In this document: positions 52,164-62,573 of the stretch, piece after piece
Layout of the letters: each line of letters begins with the position of its first letter
Numbering within the stretch: the first letter of the stretch is position 1
Assembly (NCBI GenBank): GCA_963769425.1
Contig: CAVYLP010000005.1
Location: 31,436-95,435, forward strand
Direction: 5' to 3'
DNA length: 64,000 nucleotides
From: Candidatus Bathyarchaeota archaeon
GTDB lineage: Archaea > Thermoproteota > Bathyarchaeia > TCS64
Notes under the pieces: generated by a model
Databases searched by the model: none
Told to the model about the DNA's origin: nothing
What the model saw: the letters and a program-made list of their open reading frames with translations, nothing else
Translations under genes and position numbers: made by a program

Positions 52164-52236
52164 GGTGGATGTTTGACGCTCACGGTATGTAATATTTTGG
52201 CGCGGCTCCGCTTTTTATTCAGAAACGCCGATATCT

Positions 52237-53487
52237 GTGGGAAGGGCCTTGAACGAAGAGTTGAGGGTTGACGCCGTTAGGCTCCTCAGGAGCCTCAACG
52301 AGCTGGGTAAAATTGGCAGGAGGGAGGGTTTCAAGGGGGTGACCCGCCTAGCCCTAAGCGAGGAGGACCGCGAGGCACGCGACCTCCTCGTGTCCTGGAT
52401 GGAGGAGGAGGGCCTAAACGTTCGCGTTGACTCCATCGGCAACATCTTCGGCGTCCGCAAGGGCTTGAACCCAAACCTGAAGCCGGTGATAATGGGCTCC
52501 CACATCGACACCGTCATAGACGCTGGCATATACGACGGCGCCTACGGCGTCCTCAGCGCCCTCGAGGTTCTCAGGCGCATCAACGAGGAGGGGATAGAGA
52601 CGCAGCATCCAGTTGGCGTCGCAGCCTTCACGAACGAGGAGGGGGTCCGCTTCCAGCCAGACATGATGGGAAGCCTCGTCAAGTCCGGCGGCTATCCCCT
52701 CGAGAAGGCGTACGCGCGCAAAGACGACGACGGCGTCACCGTCAAGGAGGCCCTAAAGGGAATAGGCTACCTCGGCAGGGAGGACGTGAAGCCCGAGGCC
52801 TACTTCGAGCTGCACGTCGAGCAAGGGCCGATACTGCACAAGAGGGGCTTCGAGATCGGCGTGGTGGAGGGTGTGCAGGGGATAGCGTGGTGGAGGATGG
52901 CGCTCCGCGGGGAGGCGAACCACGCCGGCACGACACCCCTCGACATGAGGAGGGACGCCATGGCGGGCGCTGCTGAGTTATACGTCGGCCTCCTCGAATG
53001 GGTGGCGAAGAAGGGTAACGCCCTCTGCACCATCGGGAAGCTACGCCTCGAACCCGGCGCTATAAACGTCGTCCCCAGCCTCGCCGACTTCACCGTCGAC
53101 TACCGCTCATACGACGACGCCACATTCAAGGAGGGCAAAGCCGAGGTCGAAATGAGGGCGGAGGAGGTGGCGAAGCGCCACGGCCTCACCCTTGAGAGGG
53201 AGATGACTGCCGACGCGCAGCCAGTCCATTTCAGGCCAGAGATGGTCAACCTCGTCGAATCCTCCGCTAGGAAGCGCGCCTACTCGACCTTCAGGCTGCC
53301 CAGCGGCGCGGGGCACGACGCCCAGTTCATGCACGTCATCTGTCCAACTGCGATGATATTTGTCCCCTCGATAAACGGGGTCAGCCACAGCCCGGGTGAG
53401 CGGAGCGACGCCGCGGACCTCGAGCGGGGCGCGAATGTTCTCTTCGACTGCGCCCTCGCCAAGGCGGGGGTCAAGAAGGAGCCCTAG
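52237..53487 (+). CDS. Zn-dependent N-carbamoyl-L-amino acid/allantoate amidohydrolase (M20)
   Basis: GSHIDTV, YDGAYG, NEEGVRF, ELHVEQG, NHAGTTP, SGAGHDA, SHSP. Confidence 0.93.
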   Translation: MGRALNEELRVDAVRLLRSLNELGKIGRREGFKGVTRLALSEEDREARDLLVSWMEEEGLNVRVDSIGNIFGVRKGLNPNLKPVIMGSHIDTVIDAGIYDGAYGVLSALEVLRRINEEGIETQHPVGVAAFTNEEGVRFQPDMMGSLVKSGGYPLEKAYARKDDDGVTVKEALKGIGYLGREDVKPEAYFELHVEQGPILHKRGFEIGVVEGVQGIAWWRMALRGEANHAGTTPLDMRRDAMAGAAELYVGLLEWVAKKGNALCTIGKLRLEPGAINVVPSLADFTVDYRSYDDATFKEGKAEVEMRAEEVAKRHGLTLEREMTADAQPVHFRPEMVNLVESSARKRAYSTFRLPSGAGHDAQFMHVICPTAMIFVPSINGVSHSPGERSDAADLERGANVLFDCALAKAGVKKEP

Positions 53488-54797
53488 AAGCAGTACTTCA
53501 GCTTCCTGAAGGGCTCGACGAACCTTTCGACATCGCCCCTCATCTTCTCCGGGGGCTCGCCGTCGGCGGACCTCTTGATCAGTGCCGCCACTTGCCTCAT
53601 CTCACTCTCAGCCATCCCCTGCCGGGTGGCCTCCTGCACCGATATCCTGAGCCCGCCCCTGCCGTTCGGCGGGTCGTCCCAGAGTACTGTCGTGGGGAGG
53701 AGTATGTTCGACTCGTTGAACCTCGCCTCGATGACGCGGGGGCCGAGGTCGCGGACGTTGACTATCACCTGATGCGTTTTTGTGTATCCTTTCTCCTTAC
53801 CCACGACTTTGAAGCCCCTCTCGTCGAGCGCCGCAGCGAGGGCGCGTGAGTTCGCCTGTATCTGCTTCGTGTATGCAGGTCCGAAGTGTGCCAGTTCGCT
53901 GAGGCTCCATGCCGCGGCGGCGTACTTGTTCTGGTCGCGCGTCTGTATGAAGGCGGGGTGAGTGAGGGCGAGCATCTTCTTCGCCATATCTTCGTCATTC
54001 GTGAGGACGAGGCCGCCGATTGGGCCGCCCATGAGCTTGTGTGTGCCCAGCGTCATCACGTCCGCGCCCTCCGCGAGCGGGTCTTGGAAGAGGCCGAAGG
54101 CGATCAGTGGGCCGACGTGGGCCGCGTCGTATAGGATGTGCGCCCCGACCCTGTCCGCCGCCTCCCTAAGCCGCTTCAGGTCGTAGGGGAAGAGAATCCT
54201 GCCGCCGCCGACGACTATCCAGCTCGGCTTCACCTTCGTGATGCTAGCGTCGAGGGCGTCGTAGTCGATGTCGAAGAGGGGGGCACCTGGGAGGTCGGCG
54301 ACCTTGAGTCCCCTGAGGAGCGGCGGCCCATTGGGGCGGTAGCTGTCGTTCCCCCCGCCTTTGTCTGACTGGGACATTATAGTATCACCGTTCTTTGAGA
54401 GGGCGAAGTAGACGAGTGAGTTCGCCATCGAGCTGCTGAGTGTCCTCCATTCGACGTAGTCGCAGCGGAACATTCTCTTGACGAGGTGGATGATTATGCC
54501 CTCGATCTCGTCGATGTAACGGTTCATCGGTGCCGGCGGGTACTCTTTGTCCCCTACGAAGCCCTCAGTCACTCTCGTGGCGAGGTCCGTGTCGAGGAGT
54601 CTCCGCGCCCCCGGGCTGATTGCGTTCTCGGAGGGATTCAGGTTGAGACACTTGTTCCTCCTCCACTCCTCGTGCTCCTCGGCGATTGCCTTCACCCTCG
54701 CCGCGATGTTACGCGGTTCCATGCACGTGTACTCCTCCTCGATGCCATCGAGGTATTCGAGGCTCTTATCGGGCATCACGCCCTTGAATGCGGGCAT
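53484..54797 (-). CDS. Divergent serine hydroxymethyltransferase-like PLP enzyme
   Basis: LNLNPSEN, YDAAH, THK PLP-lysine motif, GLRI; several canonical GlyA residues are changed. Confidence 0.8.
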   Translation of the reverse strand: MPAFKGVMPDKSLEYLDGIEEEYTCMEPRNIAARVKAIAEEHEEWRRNKCLNLNPSENAISPGARRLLDTDLATRVTEGFVGDKEYPPAPMNRYIDEIEGIIIHLVKRMFRCDYVEWRTLSSSMANSLVYFALSKNGDTIMSQSDKGGGNDSYRPNGPPLLRGLKVADLPGAPLFDIDYDALDASITKVKPSWIVVGGGRILFPYDLKRLREAADRVGAHILYDAAHVGPLIAFGLFQDPLAEGADVMTLGTHKLMGGPIGGLVLTNDEDMAKKMLALTHPAFIQTRDQNKYAAAAWSLSELAHFGPAYTKQIQANSRALAAALDERGFKVVGKEKGYTKTHQVIVNVRDLGPRVIEARFNESNILLPTTVLWDDPPNGRGGLRISVQEATRQGMAESEMRQVAALIKRSADGEPPEKMRGDVERFVEPFRKLKYCF

Positions 54798-54951
54798 AGG
54801 TATCGCTACATACTCCTCGAATAACGTTTAACGCTTTTCCGAAGTCATTGGGGAGAGACTCTAAAGGTTTGAATTAGACGCTGAGAGGACCGATCTGGAT
54901 CAATTATCAGTGGAAAATGATTAGTAGTCTCCTACTCGACACTTTCTTGAT

Positions 54952-55419
54952 GTGATTATTTTGAAAAAAGAGATAATTAAGATAAAGGGCATCAAAAAAC
55001 CCGATAGTCCCTTTAATCACGTTGTAAAGGCCGGCGACCTCCTCTTTCTGACGAGTCAACTCTCACAAGACTTGAAAACCGGTAGAATAGTTGGTGGAAC
55101 CATCGAGGAGCAGACGAGACAGGCTCTGGATAACGTCAAATTTCTCCTTGAGTCTTCGGGGTCAGCGATGAATGACATCGTAAAAGTGGTGATCTATATG
55201 CGCGACGTTAGCAAATTTGGTGATATGAATACTGTTTACAGGGAATACTTCGAGGAGGGAGAGGAGCCGAGTAGAGTGACCGTTCAGGCGCCCTCTCCCC
55301 TAAGTGAGATCGACATCGAAATCGAGGTAACCGCAGTCGTCTCTAGAAATGAGTTAACTATTGTTATACCTAGAATCCTCCTATCCATGAGTTGTAATTA
55401 TAATTTAGGTTTTGTTTAA
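54952..55419 (+). CDS. RidA/YjgF family protein
   Basis: LFLTSQ, IEEQTRQALDN, PSRVTV, IEIEVTA. Confidence 0.9.
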   Translation: MIILKKEIIKIKGIKKPDSPFNHVVKAGDLLFLTSQLSQDLKTGRIVGGTIEEQTRQALDNVKFLLESSGSAMNDIVKVVIYMRDVSKFGDMNTVYREYFEEGEEPSRVTVQAPSPLSEIDIEIEVTAVVSRNELTIVIPRILLSMSCNYNLGFV

Positions 55420-55485
55420 CAATTTTCGAGTAGGTTGGTCAGTATATTTGGGTGCTGCTTACTCATGTGCAAACGAGAATGGTTC

Positions 55486-55523
55486 TTCTCCTAAGATTCT
55501 AGGATGTAGAACATTTAGGAGAA
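55486..55523. promoter_or_regulatory. Long inverted repeat upstream of the membrane-anchored regulator
   Basis: TTCTCCTAAGATTCTA-GGATG-TAGAACATTTAGGAGAA, about 20 bp upstream of a TTTTTAAA TATA-like box. Confidence 0.55.
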
Positions 55524-55578
55524 ATCTTTTTCTCGAAAACCCTTTTTTAAAGCCAGGGCAGGGTACAATCGACCTACT

Positions 55579-56991
55579 ATGAGCTTCGAGGAAGACACAT
55601 ACACAACCATCTTCAAGGCCATGCAGCACCCAATCCGGCGACGAATCCTACGAATGATCAGTGAGGAGCCATCAACTTACACGGAAATTCAGAGGGATCT
55701 AAATATAGACAATGGTCTCCTTAACTACCACCTCGAAGCTCTCAACTCACTAATCACCAAGAATGGCGAGGAGAAGTATGCATTGTCCGACTTCGGCAGG
55801 GCTACTGCAGGCCTAATAAAGGGAGTTGAGGAGCCGAACAAAGATACCAAGGTAACCTCTACACCTACAATCGTGAAGGTGATTGCTGGGATTCTAGCAG
55901 TCTCCCTAATAGCTTCAGGTGTCGGCTTCATAGAACTCAACAACAGGTACCTCGATCTATCCGGGCGATATGGCGCCCAGAGCGTTGAGAACATATACCT
56001 GAAGTCCACTCTTACCCAAGCTCAAACATCGGAAAGCCGTCTCAACGCGACTTTGACTGTGCTTGAGAAGAACCCGTTAGTGAAAGCATCCACGATAATA
56101 ATCGATAGATTTGGAGTTGATTACTTCACAAAATACTTCCATGATCCGGAGGTATTCGCGACTCAAAGCCAACCGAATTCAGCATCCGTCGTCTACAAGT
56201 ACCGTATCGAAGCCGACGGATTCACCGAGGATAAAAACGTCACCTTCTACTTTGACCAATCGAGTCCAGGCTACGTGTGGGGTCTATCGCCGATAGATAA
56301 TATCCAACCATTCAAAGTATCTATGGCTGATGCTAAACAATTTGCACTCCAAGCTGGGTTACCGGATAGCCCTTATGGCTTGGAAGCGAGGATCCTTGGA
56401 GACTTCGAAGACGATGTTCGCCCCACGCCTCTCTGGGTCGGCAGGTACGTTTGGCATATAACATCCCTCATCGATCCTCCATGGGCGAGGACTAGGATCT
56501 ACAAACAAGCTCTTGTTGACCCAAACTCGGGGCAAGTATACGCAATCCGGATGGGCGGTACGGGGATCACCGAGTCCCAAGTCGACACCGCGGAGAAGGC
56601 AGCTGCTCAGGGTATAGAAGGCTATGTTAAACTCGAATACCCGGAGCTACCCACGCAGATTCAAATCGTGAAGGGCGGTAACCTCACCTTCACCATGAGG
56701 GTGTCTCTAATTTCCTACAAGGCTAGCTTAGGCGAGGTGAAGCTGATGGTTGACCCGAACTACGTTGTTCCCTATACGATTCAAGCAAACGCTGTTGACC
56801 GGATTAGAAGCCTCCTATCCTACGAGCCAAACGGGGCAATGACGTTGAAGACGGGTGCTTCTATTAACATCACTGTCACGGTCCGCGCACCAAGCGATAC
56901 GGATATAGAATTTCTCTTTCCAAGGTGGGCCTTAGACAGCCTTGGAATAGGAGCAGAGGGCACGTTGGTCCTTTCTGATCTTGAAACATAA
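55579..56991 (+). CDS. Membrane-anchored wHTH regulator with large extracytoplasmic domain
   Basis: ArsR-like HPIRRRIL...LNYHL N-terminus, one TM helix (VIAGILAVSLIASGVGFI), about 350-aa C-terminal domain. Confidence 0.8.
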   Translation: MSFEEDTYTTIFKAMQHPIRRRILRMISEEPSTYTEIQRDLNIDNGLLNYHLEALNSLITKNGEEKYALSDFGRATAGLIKGVEEPNKDTKVTSTPTIVKVIAGILAVSLIASGVGFIELNNRYLDLSGRYGAQSVENIYLKSTLTQAQTSESRLNATLTVLEKNPLVKASTIIIDRFGVDYFTKYFHDPEVFATQSQPNSASVVYKYRIEADGFTEDKNVTFYFDQSSPGYVWGLSPIDNIQPFKVSMADAKQFALQAGLPDSPYGLEARILGDFEDDVRPTPLWVGRYVWHITSLIDPPWARTRIYKQALVDPNSGQVYAIRMGGTGITESQVDTAEKAAAQGIEGYVKLEYPELPTQIQIVKGGNLTFTMRVSLISYKASLGEVKLMVDPNYVVPYTIQANAVDRIRSLLSYEPNGAMTLKTGASINITVTVRAPSDTDIEFLFPRWALDSLGIGAEGTLVLSDLET

Positions 56992-57132
56992 GGAAGGAGT
57001 TCACTTTTATAAAAAAAATTTCTATTTAAAAAAACATGTCGATGGAATGAATAGGTGATGATTGATTGGCCTGAGCAAAATCAATTCTAGAAAAACCACA
57101 TTTGGATATCGACGATCGAAAATTGGCTGGAG

Positions 57133-58440
57133 TTACGGGTAGACTCTGCGCATGTCCCTTGGGAAGGGGATCGTATCCCTGATGTGTTCTAGCTTGAGCA
57201 TCCACGTTAGGACGCGCTCAACGCCCAGTCCGAAGCCGCTGTGCGGCACTGTCCCCCACTTCCTCAACTCCATGTACCACTTGTAGTCCTCGGGGTTGAG
57301 GTTGTCGTCTAGCACGCGCTGGAGGAGCTGGCTGTAGTCGTGCACACGCTGCCCGCCTCCGATGATCTCACCGTAGCCCTCGGGGGCCAGCAGGTCGCCC
57401 GACATCGTAGTGTCCGGCCTCGCCGGGTCGGGCAGGTGGTAGAAGGGCTTGATCCCGGTTGGGAACCCTATGACCCAGAAGGGGAGTTCGAAGTGTTTCG
57501 TCAGCGGTTCCTCCTGCTGCCAGCCGAAGTCGTCGCCCCAGAGCATCTCGACGCCGTCCTTCTGCAGTATCTCTACGGCCTCGTCGTACTTGATCCTCGG
57601 GAACGGGGCCTCGATCTTCAGCAGGTCCCTGGGATCCCTGCCGATTGCCTGTACCTCCTTCGGCATCTTCTCCGCGAGGTCGCGTGCTATGTGAGAGACG
57701 AGGGCGTCCCCCACCTTCATGATGCCGTCGTGGTTGGTCCACGGCTCCTCGACCTCCATGTGCCAGAACTCCGTCACGTGGCGTCGGGTTCTGCTCGGCT
57801 CCGCCCTGAAGCTCGGCGCGATGGTGAATATCTTTCCGAGGCTGCTGATCATGGCCTCGGCGTAGAGCTGCCAGCTCTGGCTCAGGTAGACGTTCTTCTT
57901 GTCGAAGTACTTGACCTCGAAGAGGGTCGAGCCGCCCTCGCATGCGGCGCTGGTGAAGCTGGGGCTCTGCGTCTCAGTGTAGCCGTTCTCCCAGAACCAC
58001 TCGCGGGCCGCCTTGAGGAACTCGCCCTTGATCTTGAAGATGGTCTGAAGCCTAGGGTCACGTACCTGTAGGTGCCTGTTGTCTAGTAGGAACTCTAGGC
58101 CGTGCTCCTTCATTGTGATGGGGAAGTCTGGTTGTGCCTCGTAGACTGTCCCTAGATTATTGACGGAGAGCTCGTAGCCACCCGGGGCGCGTTGGTCCAC
58201 GCGGGCCTTGCCCCCAAGCTCGAGGGTCGACTCCATCGGGAGCTTCTCGAGATTATTGAAGGTGGCTTCGTCGACGTTCTTCTTGTTTACGGTGCACTGT
58301 AGTACACCTGTGCCGTCGCGTATGTGGAGGAAGACCAGGCCGCCGCTGCTTCGGCTGTTGTAGAGCCAGCCGCGGATCTGGACCTGCTCCTCGTCATGCT
58401 TTCCGCCAAGTATCTTGGCTATGTCCACGAAACCGGTCAT
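57133..58440 (-). CDS. asnS: Asparagine--tRNA ligase
   Basis: OB-fold RGW...RDGTG, FRAEPSRTRRH, GEIIGGGQR, PHSGFGLGVER, PFPR. Confidence 0.93.
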   Translation of the reverse strand: MTGFVDIAKILGGKHDEEQVQIRGWLYNSRSSGGLVFLHIRDGTGVLQCTVNKKNVDEATFNNLEKLPMESTLELGGKARVDQRAPGGYELSVNNLGTVYEAQPDFPITMKEHGLEFLLDNRHLQVRDPRLQTIFKIKGEFLKAAREWFWENGYTETQSPSFTSAACEGGSTLFEVKYFDKKNVYLSQSWQLYAEAMISSLGKIFTIAPSFRAEPSRTRRHVTEFWHMEVEEPWTNHDGIMKVGDALVSHIARDLAEKMPKEVQAIGRDPRDLLKIEAPFPRIKYDEAVEILQKDGVEMLWGDDFGWQQEEPLTKHFELPFWVIGFPTGIKPFYHLPDPARPDTTMSGDLLAPEGYGEIIGGGQRVHDYSQLLQRVLDDNLNPEDYKWYMELRKWGTVPHSGFGLGVERVLTWMLKLEHIRDTIPFPRDMRRVYP

Positions 58441-58552
58441 ATTGACCGAAGATGATGCCACGGCCCCGATATTATAGTCTTCTCCCACTCGGCTGTAATT
58501 TTTTCAGGTCCTGGGGATAGGGATAAAGGGGCTGAGGGGGAGAGTCTGCTCG

Positions 58553-59086
58553 ATGAAGATACTTGCTCTCATAGGGAGTCCCAGAAGGAGGGGGAACACG
58601 GACCTGCTCGTCGACGCCGCCCTCGGGGAGGCTGAGAAGCACGGGCACAAGGGGGAGAAGCTCTACCTCTACGACTACGAGATGAGGCCGTGCGTCGACT
58701 GCCGCGCCTGCAAGCAGGGAGAGAAGGTTTGCGTCCAGAAGGACGACATGTCTAAAATCTATAAGGCGATTGACGCCGCGGACGCCATTATCCTCGCTAC
58801 ACCGATCTACTGGTACGGCCCAACGGCGCAGATGAAGCTCCTCATCGACCGCCTACGCCCCTACGTCGCAAACCGTCGCCTCGAGGGCAAGAAGGCATAC
58901 CTCATCGCCCCATCTGAGGAGGGCCCAAGCGCATGCGGACCCCTCGTCGACAGCCTGAAGATGAGCTACAAGTACCTCGGCCTCGTATACGGCGGGGAGG
59001 CGCTGATAACCGCCAACGAGAAGGGTGAGGTGGCGAAGAAGCCTGGGGAGTTGGAGAAGGCGCGCCGCCTCCTAGACGATCTTTAA
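58553..59086 (+). CDS. Flavodoxin-like iron-sulfur flavoprotein (NADPH-dependent FMN reductase family)
   Basis: GSPRRxGNT, CxxCxxC-x5-C, ATPIYW. Confidence 0.9.
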   Translation: MKILALIGSPRRRGNTDLLVDAALGEAEKHGHKGEKLYLYDYEMRPCVDCRACKQGEKVCVQKDDMSKIYKAIDAADAIILATPIYWYGPTAQMKLLIDRLRPYVANRRLEGKKAYLIAPSEEGPSACGPLVDSLKMSYKYLGLVYGGEALITANEKGEVAKKPGELEKARRLLDDL

Positions 59087-61649
59087 CGCGTGAAGAAAGC
59101 TCCTAACCCAGTCTGGCGTGGGCGTCCGACGAGTTCGTCGAAGCTCATATCGAGGGCGTCGAGCACCTGCTCAAATGTGCTCTCTAAGTACTCCTCCATT
59201 TTGTTTATGTCGACGTCCTTCTTGCTCGCAATCTGGACGGGTTTGACGCCGTCCTTGGTGACGACGTAGCTGATTATGTCCCCCTCCTTGAGCTCGTATC
59301 CCTGTTCCTCTAACATCCTACCCGCCTTGACGTGCTGGGGGGTGGTGTCGTAACCCGCGAGTCCCTTGCCTAGCATCATACTGAAGGCAACCTCCTCTAT
59401 GGCGAACTCGTGGTTCTTGAGGCGGTGGTTGATGGTGGTGACGAGGTTTTTGATCTCCTCCTTGGCGAAGGGGAACTCCTCGGGCTTCTCGACGTTGCTG
59501 AGGATTGTGGTGAGTTTGACGAAGGCGTCCTTGAGGATCGGGGGTATGTGGCGCTTCTTGCCCGTCAGTCCTTTTATGTCGAGTTTGCCGTCTGGGTAGA
59601 CGCCTAGGTAGTTCTTCTTGCGGCTGCTGAATATGGCGTATCGGTACTGCTTGTCGACGTCTAGGTCGATGCCTAGCTCGGCGTCTGCCCAGCCGACGAG
59701 GCCGTCGATCTGCTCCTTCGACGGCTTCTCGAGGAAGACGGAGTCCGTGTCGCCGTAGATGACCTCGATACCCAGGCGCTGGCTCTGGTCTACTGCCTTA
59801 TTCATTGCGTAGCGGCCGACAGCGGCGGTGCTCTCCGCAAGTGGAGGGCAGTAGAGGGGGAAGCTCTCAGAGCCGAAGACCCCATAGCTGGCGTTGAGGA
59901 AGACCTTGAGAGCCTGTGTGACGACGTCGTAGTACTGGCGCTCCTCGACGCTCAGCGCCTTGTCCCTGCTGCGTGGGCTTGTACCACTGGACCCTAAGGT
60001 CGCGGAGGCTGCCGATGATGAGGCTCGTCATGCCGCGGTTCTTCTTGCAGACCCAGTGGGGGGTGCCCGGGACGAGGTTATCCTTGCATTCGGGGTGGTT
60101 GCAGAGGATGGTGTCGTAGCTTAGGTTCCAGTTCCTGATGGCGCTGGGGTAGAGACTGGCGAAGTCGCAGACGACTACGCCGAAGTGGACGCCGGGCTTT
60201 GGGTCACGTACTATTGCGCCCTGGTACTTCTTCCCCTTGATTATGCTGGTGGTGCTCGTCTGCCCCTTGACGTCGAGGATGTCCTGCGTGTTGGGGATGA
60301 GCCAGCCGCGGCGCCGGTGCTCCCACTCCATGAGGGAGAGTATCCACCTGCTGACGCCGTTTCGGGTGACGTCCTCCATGATCATCTTGCTGATGCGGGT
60401 GAGGAGGACTATGAGGTTCATTGCGAGGTCGTGGTTGAAAGCAGTGAGCTGGTAGGTGAGGTCGGCGTCGTTCAGGCAGTACTGTGCTAGGTCCTGCATG
60501 TTCGCCGCTGTGATGTCCCCGATCTGCGAGCTTCTCCATGTTTAGGAGGGTCTTGGATATCTCGTTGAGGGTGTTCTCCCTGTAGCGGTTGCCGAAGGCG
60601 TAGCCCTGTATGCTTCTGTTCATGAAGAACTTGTAGAGGTCGAGGTGTACGCCGTTTCTGAGGAAGGCGAATCTTCGCCCCATCACGATGGGATTCTCGG
60701 AGTCGGGGACGCCGAGGTTCTTCGCCCTGTTGCGCATGAAGCGGAAGTCGAAGTCGTCACCGTTGAAGGTGAGAACCACCGGATATTCATCGAGGATCTG
60801 GAACGTCTCCCTGATCATGTCGCGCTCGTCGGTGTAGACCTTGACCTCCGCACCGAGGACGACGGGGGTGGGGACGTCGTGGCCGGTGTCGTTGAGGACG
60901 ATTATCCTGCGGAAGCCGTCGCTGGCGGAGAATCCGACGGCTGTTATGGGCTCCTGTGCCTCGTCGGCGTTGGGGAGCCTGTTCTGGACGCTTGGGCGAA
61001 CCTCGATGTCAACTGCTACCCTGCGGAGCTTGGGGACGGGGCACTGTAGTAGGCGGGTCCACTCCTTCATGTTGCCCCTGAACTCAGGCTCAATCTTTTC
61101 GAGGATGGCGTCGATCTTTGTCTCGGTCTCGGCGTCGAGGGTGTAGCCGGCGTCAACGAGGTTGCCGTTCTCTACCCTGTAGGGCATCCCGGTGATGAGT
61201 TCGCGGTCGTAGATGTAGCACTGGTAGTAGCGGATGCGGCTCTCCCAGCTGTCGCCGATGATGCTTCGGATTGGCTGACCTCTGCCCCCACCTATGCTGA
61301 GGGGGTCCTTGGCGACGACCTTCGTGACCATGATCTCCGCGTCTGCTAGGGGGTCGTGTTTCTTGACCTCCTCCATGAAGAAGTAGCCCTCGTGGCGGAG
61401 GAGGCGCTGGTTCTTCTCCAGCTCCTTGGCAGGCTCCCGACTTATGCAGTAGGGGAGGTGGCTCGTGTTATCGTACCAGAGGTAGACCTGCTGGGTCACA
61501 GGCTCGTAGAGGCGTAGGTACGCCTTCTGCTCCGCTCCGTCGTAGCCGGCGCTGAGGAGGTAGCTCGTGGGCAGGTTCTCGGGGGCCATGCGCCCCTTTG
61601 GCCTAATCTCCTCCTCGCCCTCGTCCATCGTGAAGTCCGGAGCAGCCAT
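59083..61649 (-). CDS. polB1: Family B DNA polymerase (PolB1 type); +1 frameshifts near 60527 and 59975
   Basis: Exo motifs DIEV and FNGDDFD, Y-G-A motif, DFASLYPS, KVFLNASYG (intermediate frame), YGDTDS, KKNY. Confidence 0.93.
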
Positions 61650-61681
61650 CGCGTAGACTTCGACTCGCTGGGATATATGGG

Positions 61682-62573
61682 CTATGAGGGAGCCCCGCGG
61701 CGCGCCCTCTCAGCCAAGTATAGTGTTTCTAGGGCGATGTAGGCGGCTTGGATCGCGGTTAACCCGGAGTCGTAGCTGGGTGAGACCTCGTTCAGGTCGA
61801 AACCGACAAGTCGCTTGTCGACTACTCCCACGGTTAGGTCGAGTAGCTGGGTCACGGTGATGCCTTCAGGGCTCGGGTTGCCGACGGCGGGGGCTTCGGC
61901 GGGGTCGACGGCGTCCATGTCGACGCTAAGGTAGATGGACTCAGCACCTTTGAGGGTGTCTTTGATCATTTCGAGGACGGGTTCGACGCCGAATCGTTTC
62001 ACGTCCTGCGCGGTGACGATTGTGATGTCTTTCTCGTTGGCGTACTCTATCTCCTCGGCGGAGATGGCGCGGGCAGCAACGATTACAAGTTTGAATCCCT
62101 GTTCCTCGTGTGCCCGGCGCAGGTATGTGGCGTGGCAGAGACGCTCCTCGAAGAGTGTGTCCCTGAGGTCGAGGTGGGCGTCGAAGACGACGACTGCGGC
62201 GGGGCGGAGGGCACGCAATGCGCCGAGGGTGATGGTGTGCTCCCCCCCGAGCATCACGGGGAGCTTACCCATCTTCTTGATCTCCTCGACGACCCTCCTG
62301 ATGTTCTCGACGGCGGGCTCAACCTCCCCCGCCTCAACGTCGCCGATGTCGATGAGGCTGAGGTCATCCCAGTCGAGGCCGGTCCTGACGCTGTAGCTCT
62401 CCATGTACTGGCTCGCCTCCCTGATTGCGTTGGGGGCGAACCTGCTGCCGCTCCTGTATGAGGCGGTTCTGTCAAGGGGCGCCCCGAAGAGCAGATAGTC
62501 GGCGTTCTCTGGGCTCCCCCGACTTTTCGAAGAAAAGCTCGGGGACGGGCTTCAGCAACTCGTCGAACTTCAT
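61682..62573 (-). CDS. speB: Agmatinase; +1 frameshift near 62518
   Basis: GAPLDRTASYRSGSRFAP, GGEH, DAHLD, SVDMDAVDP; start ATG 62573 overlaps the tag stop. Confidence 0.9.
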
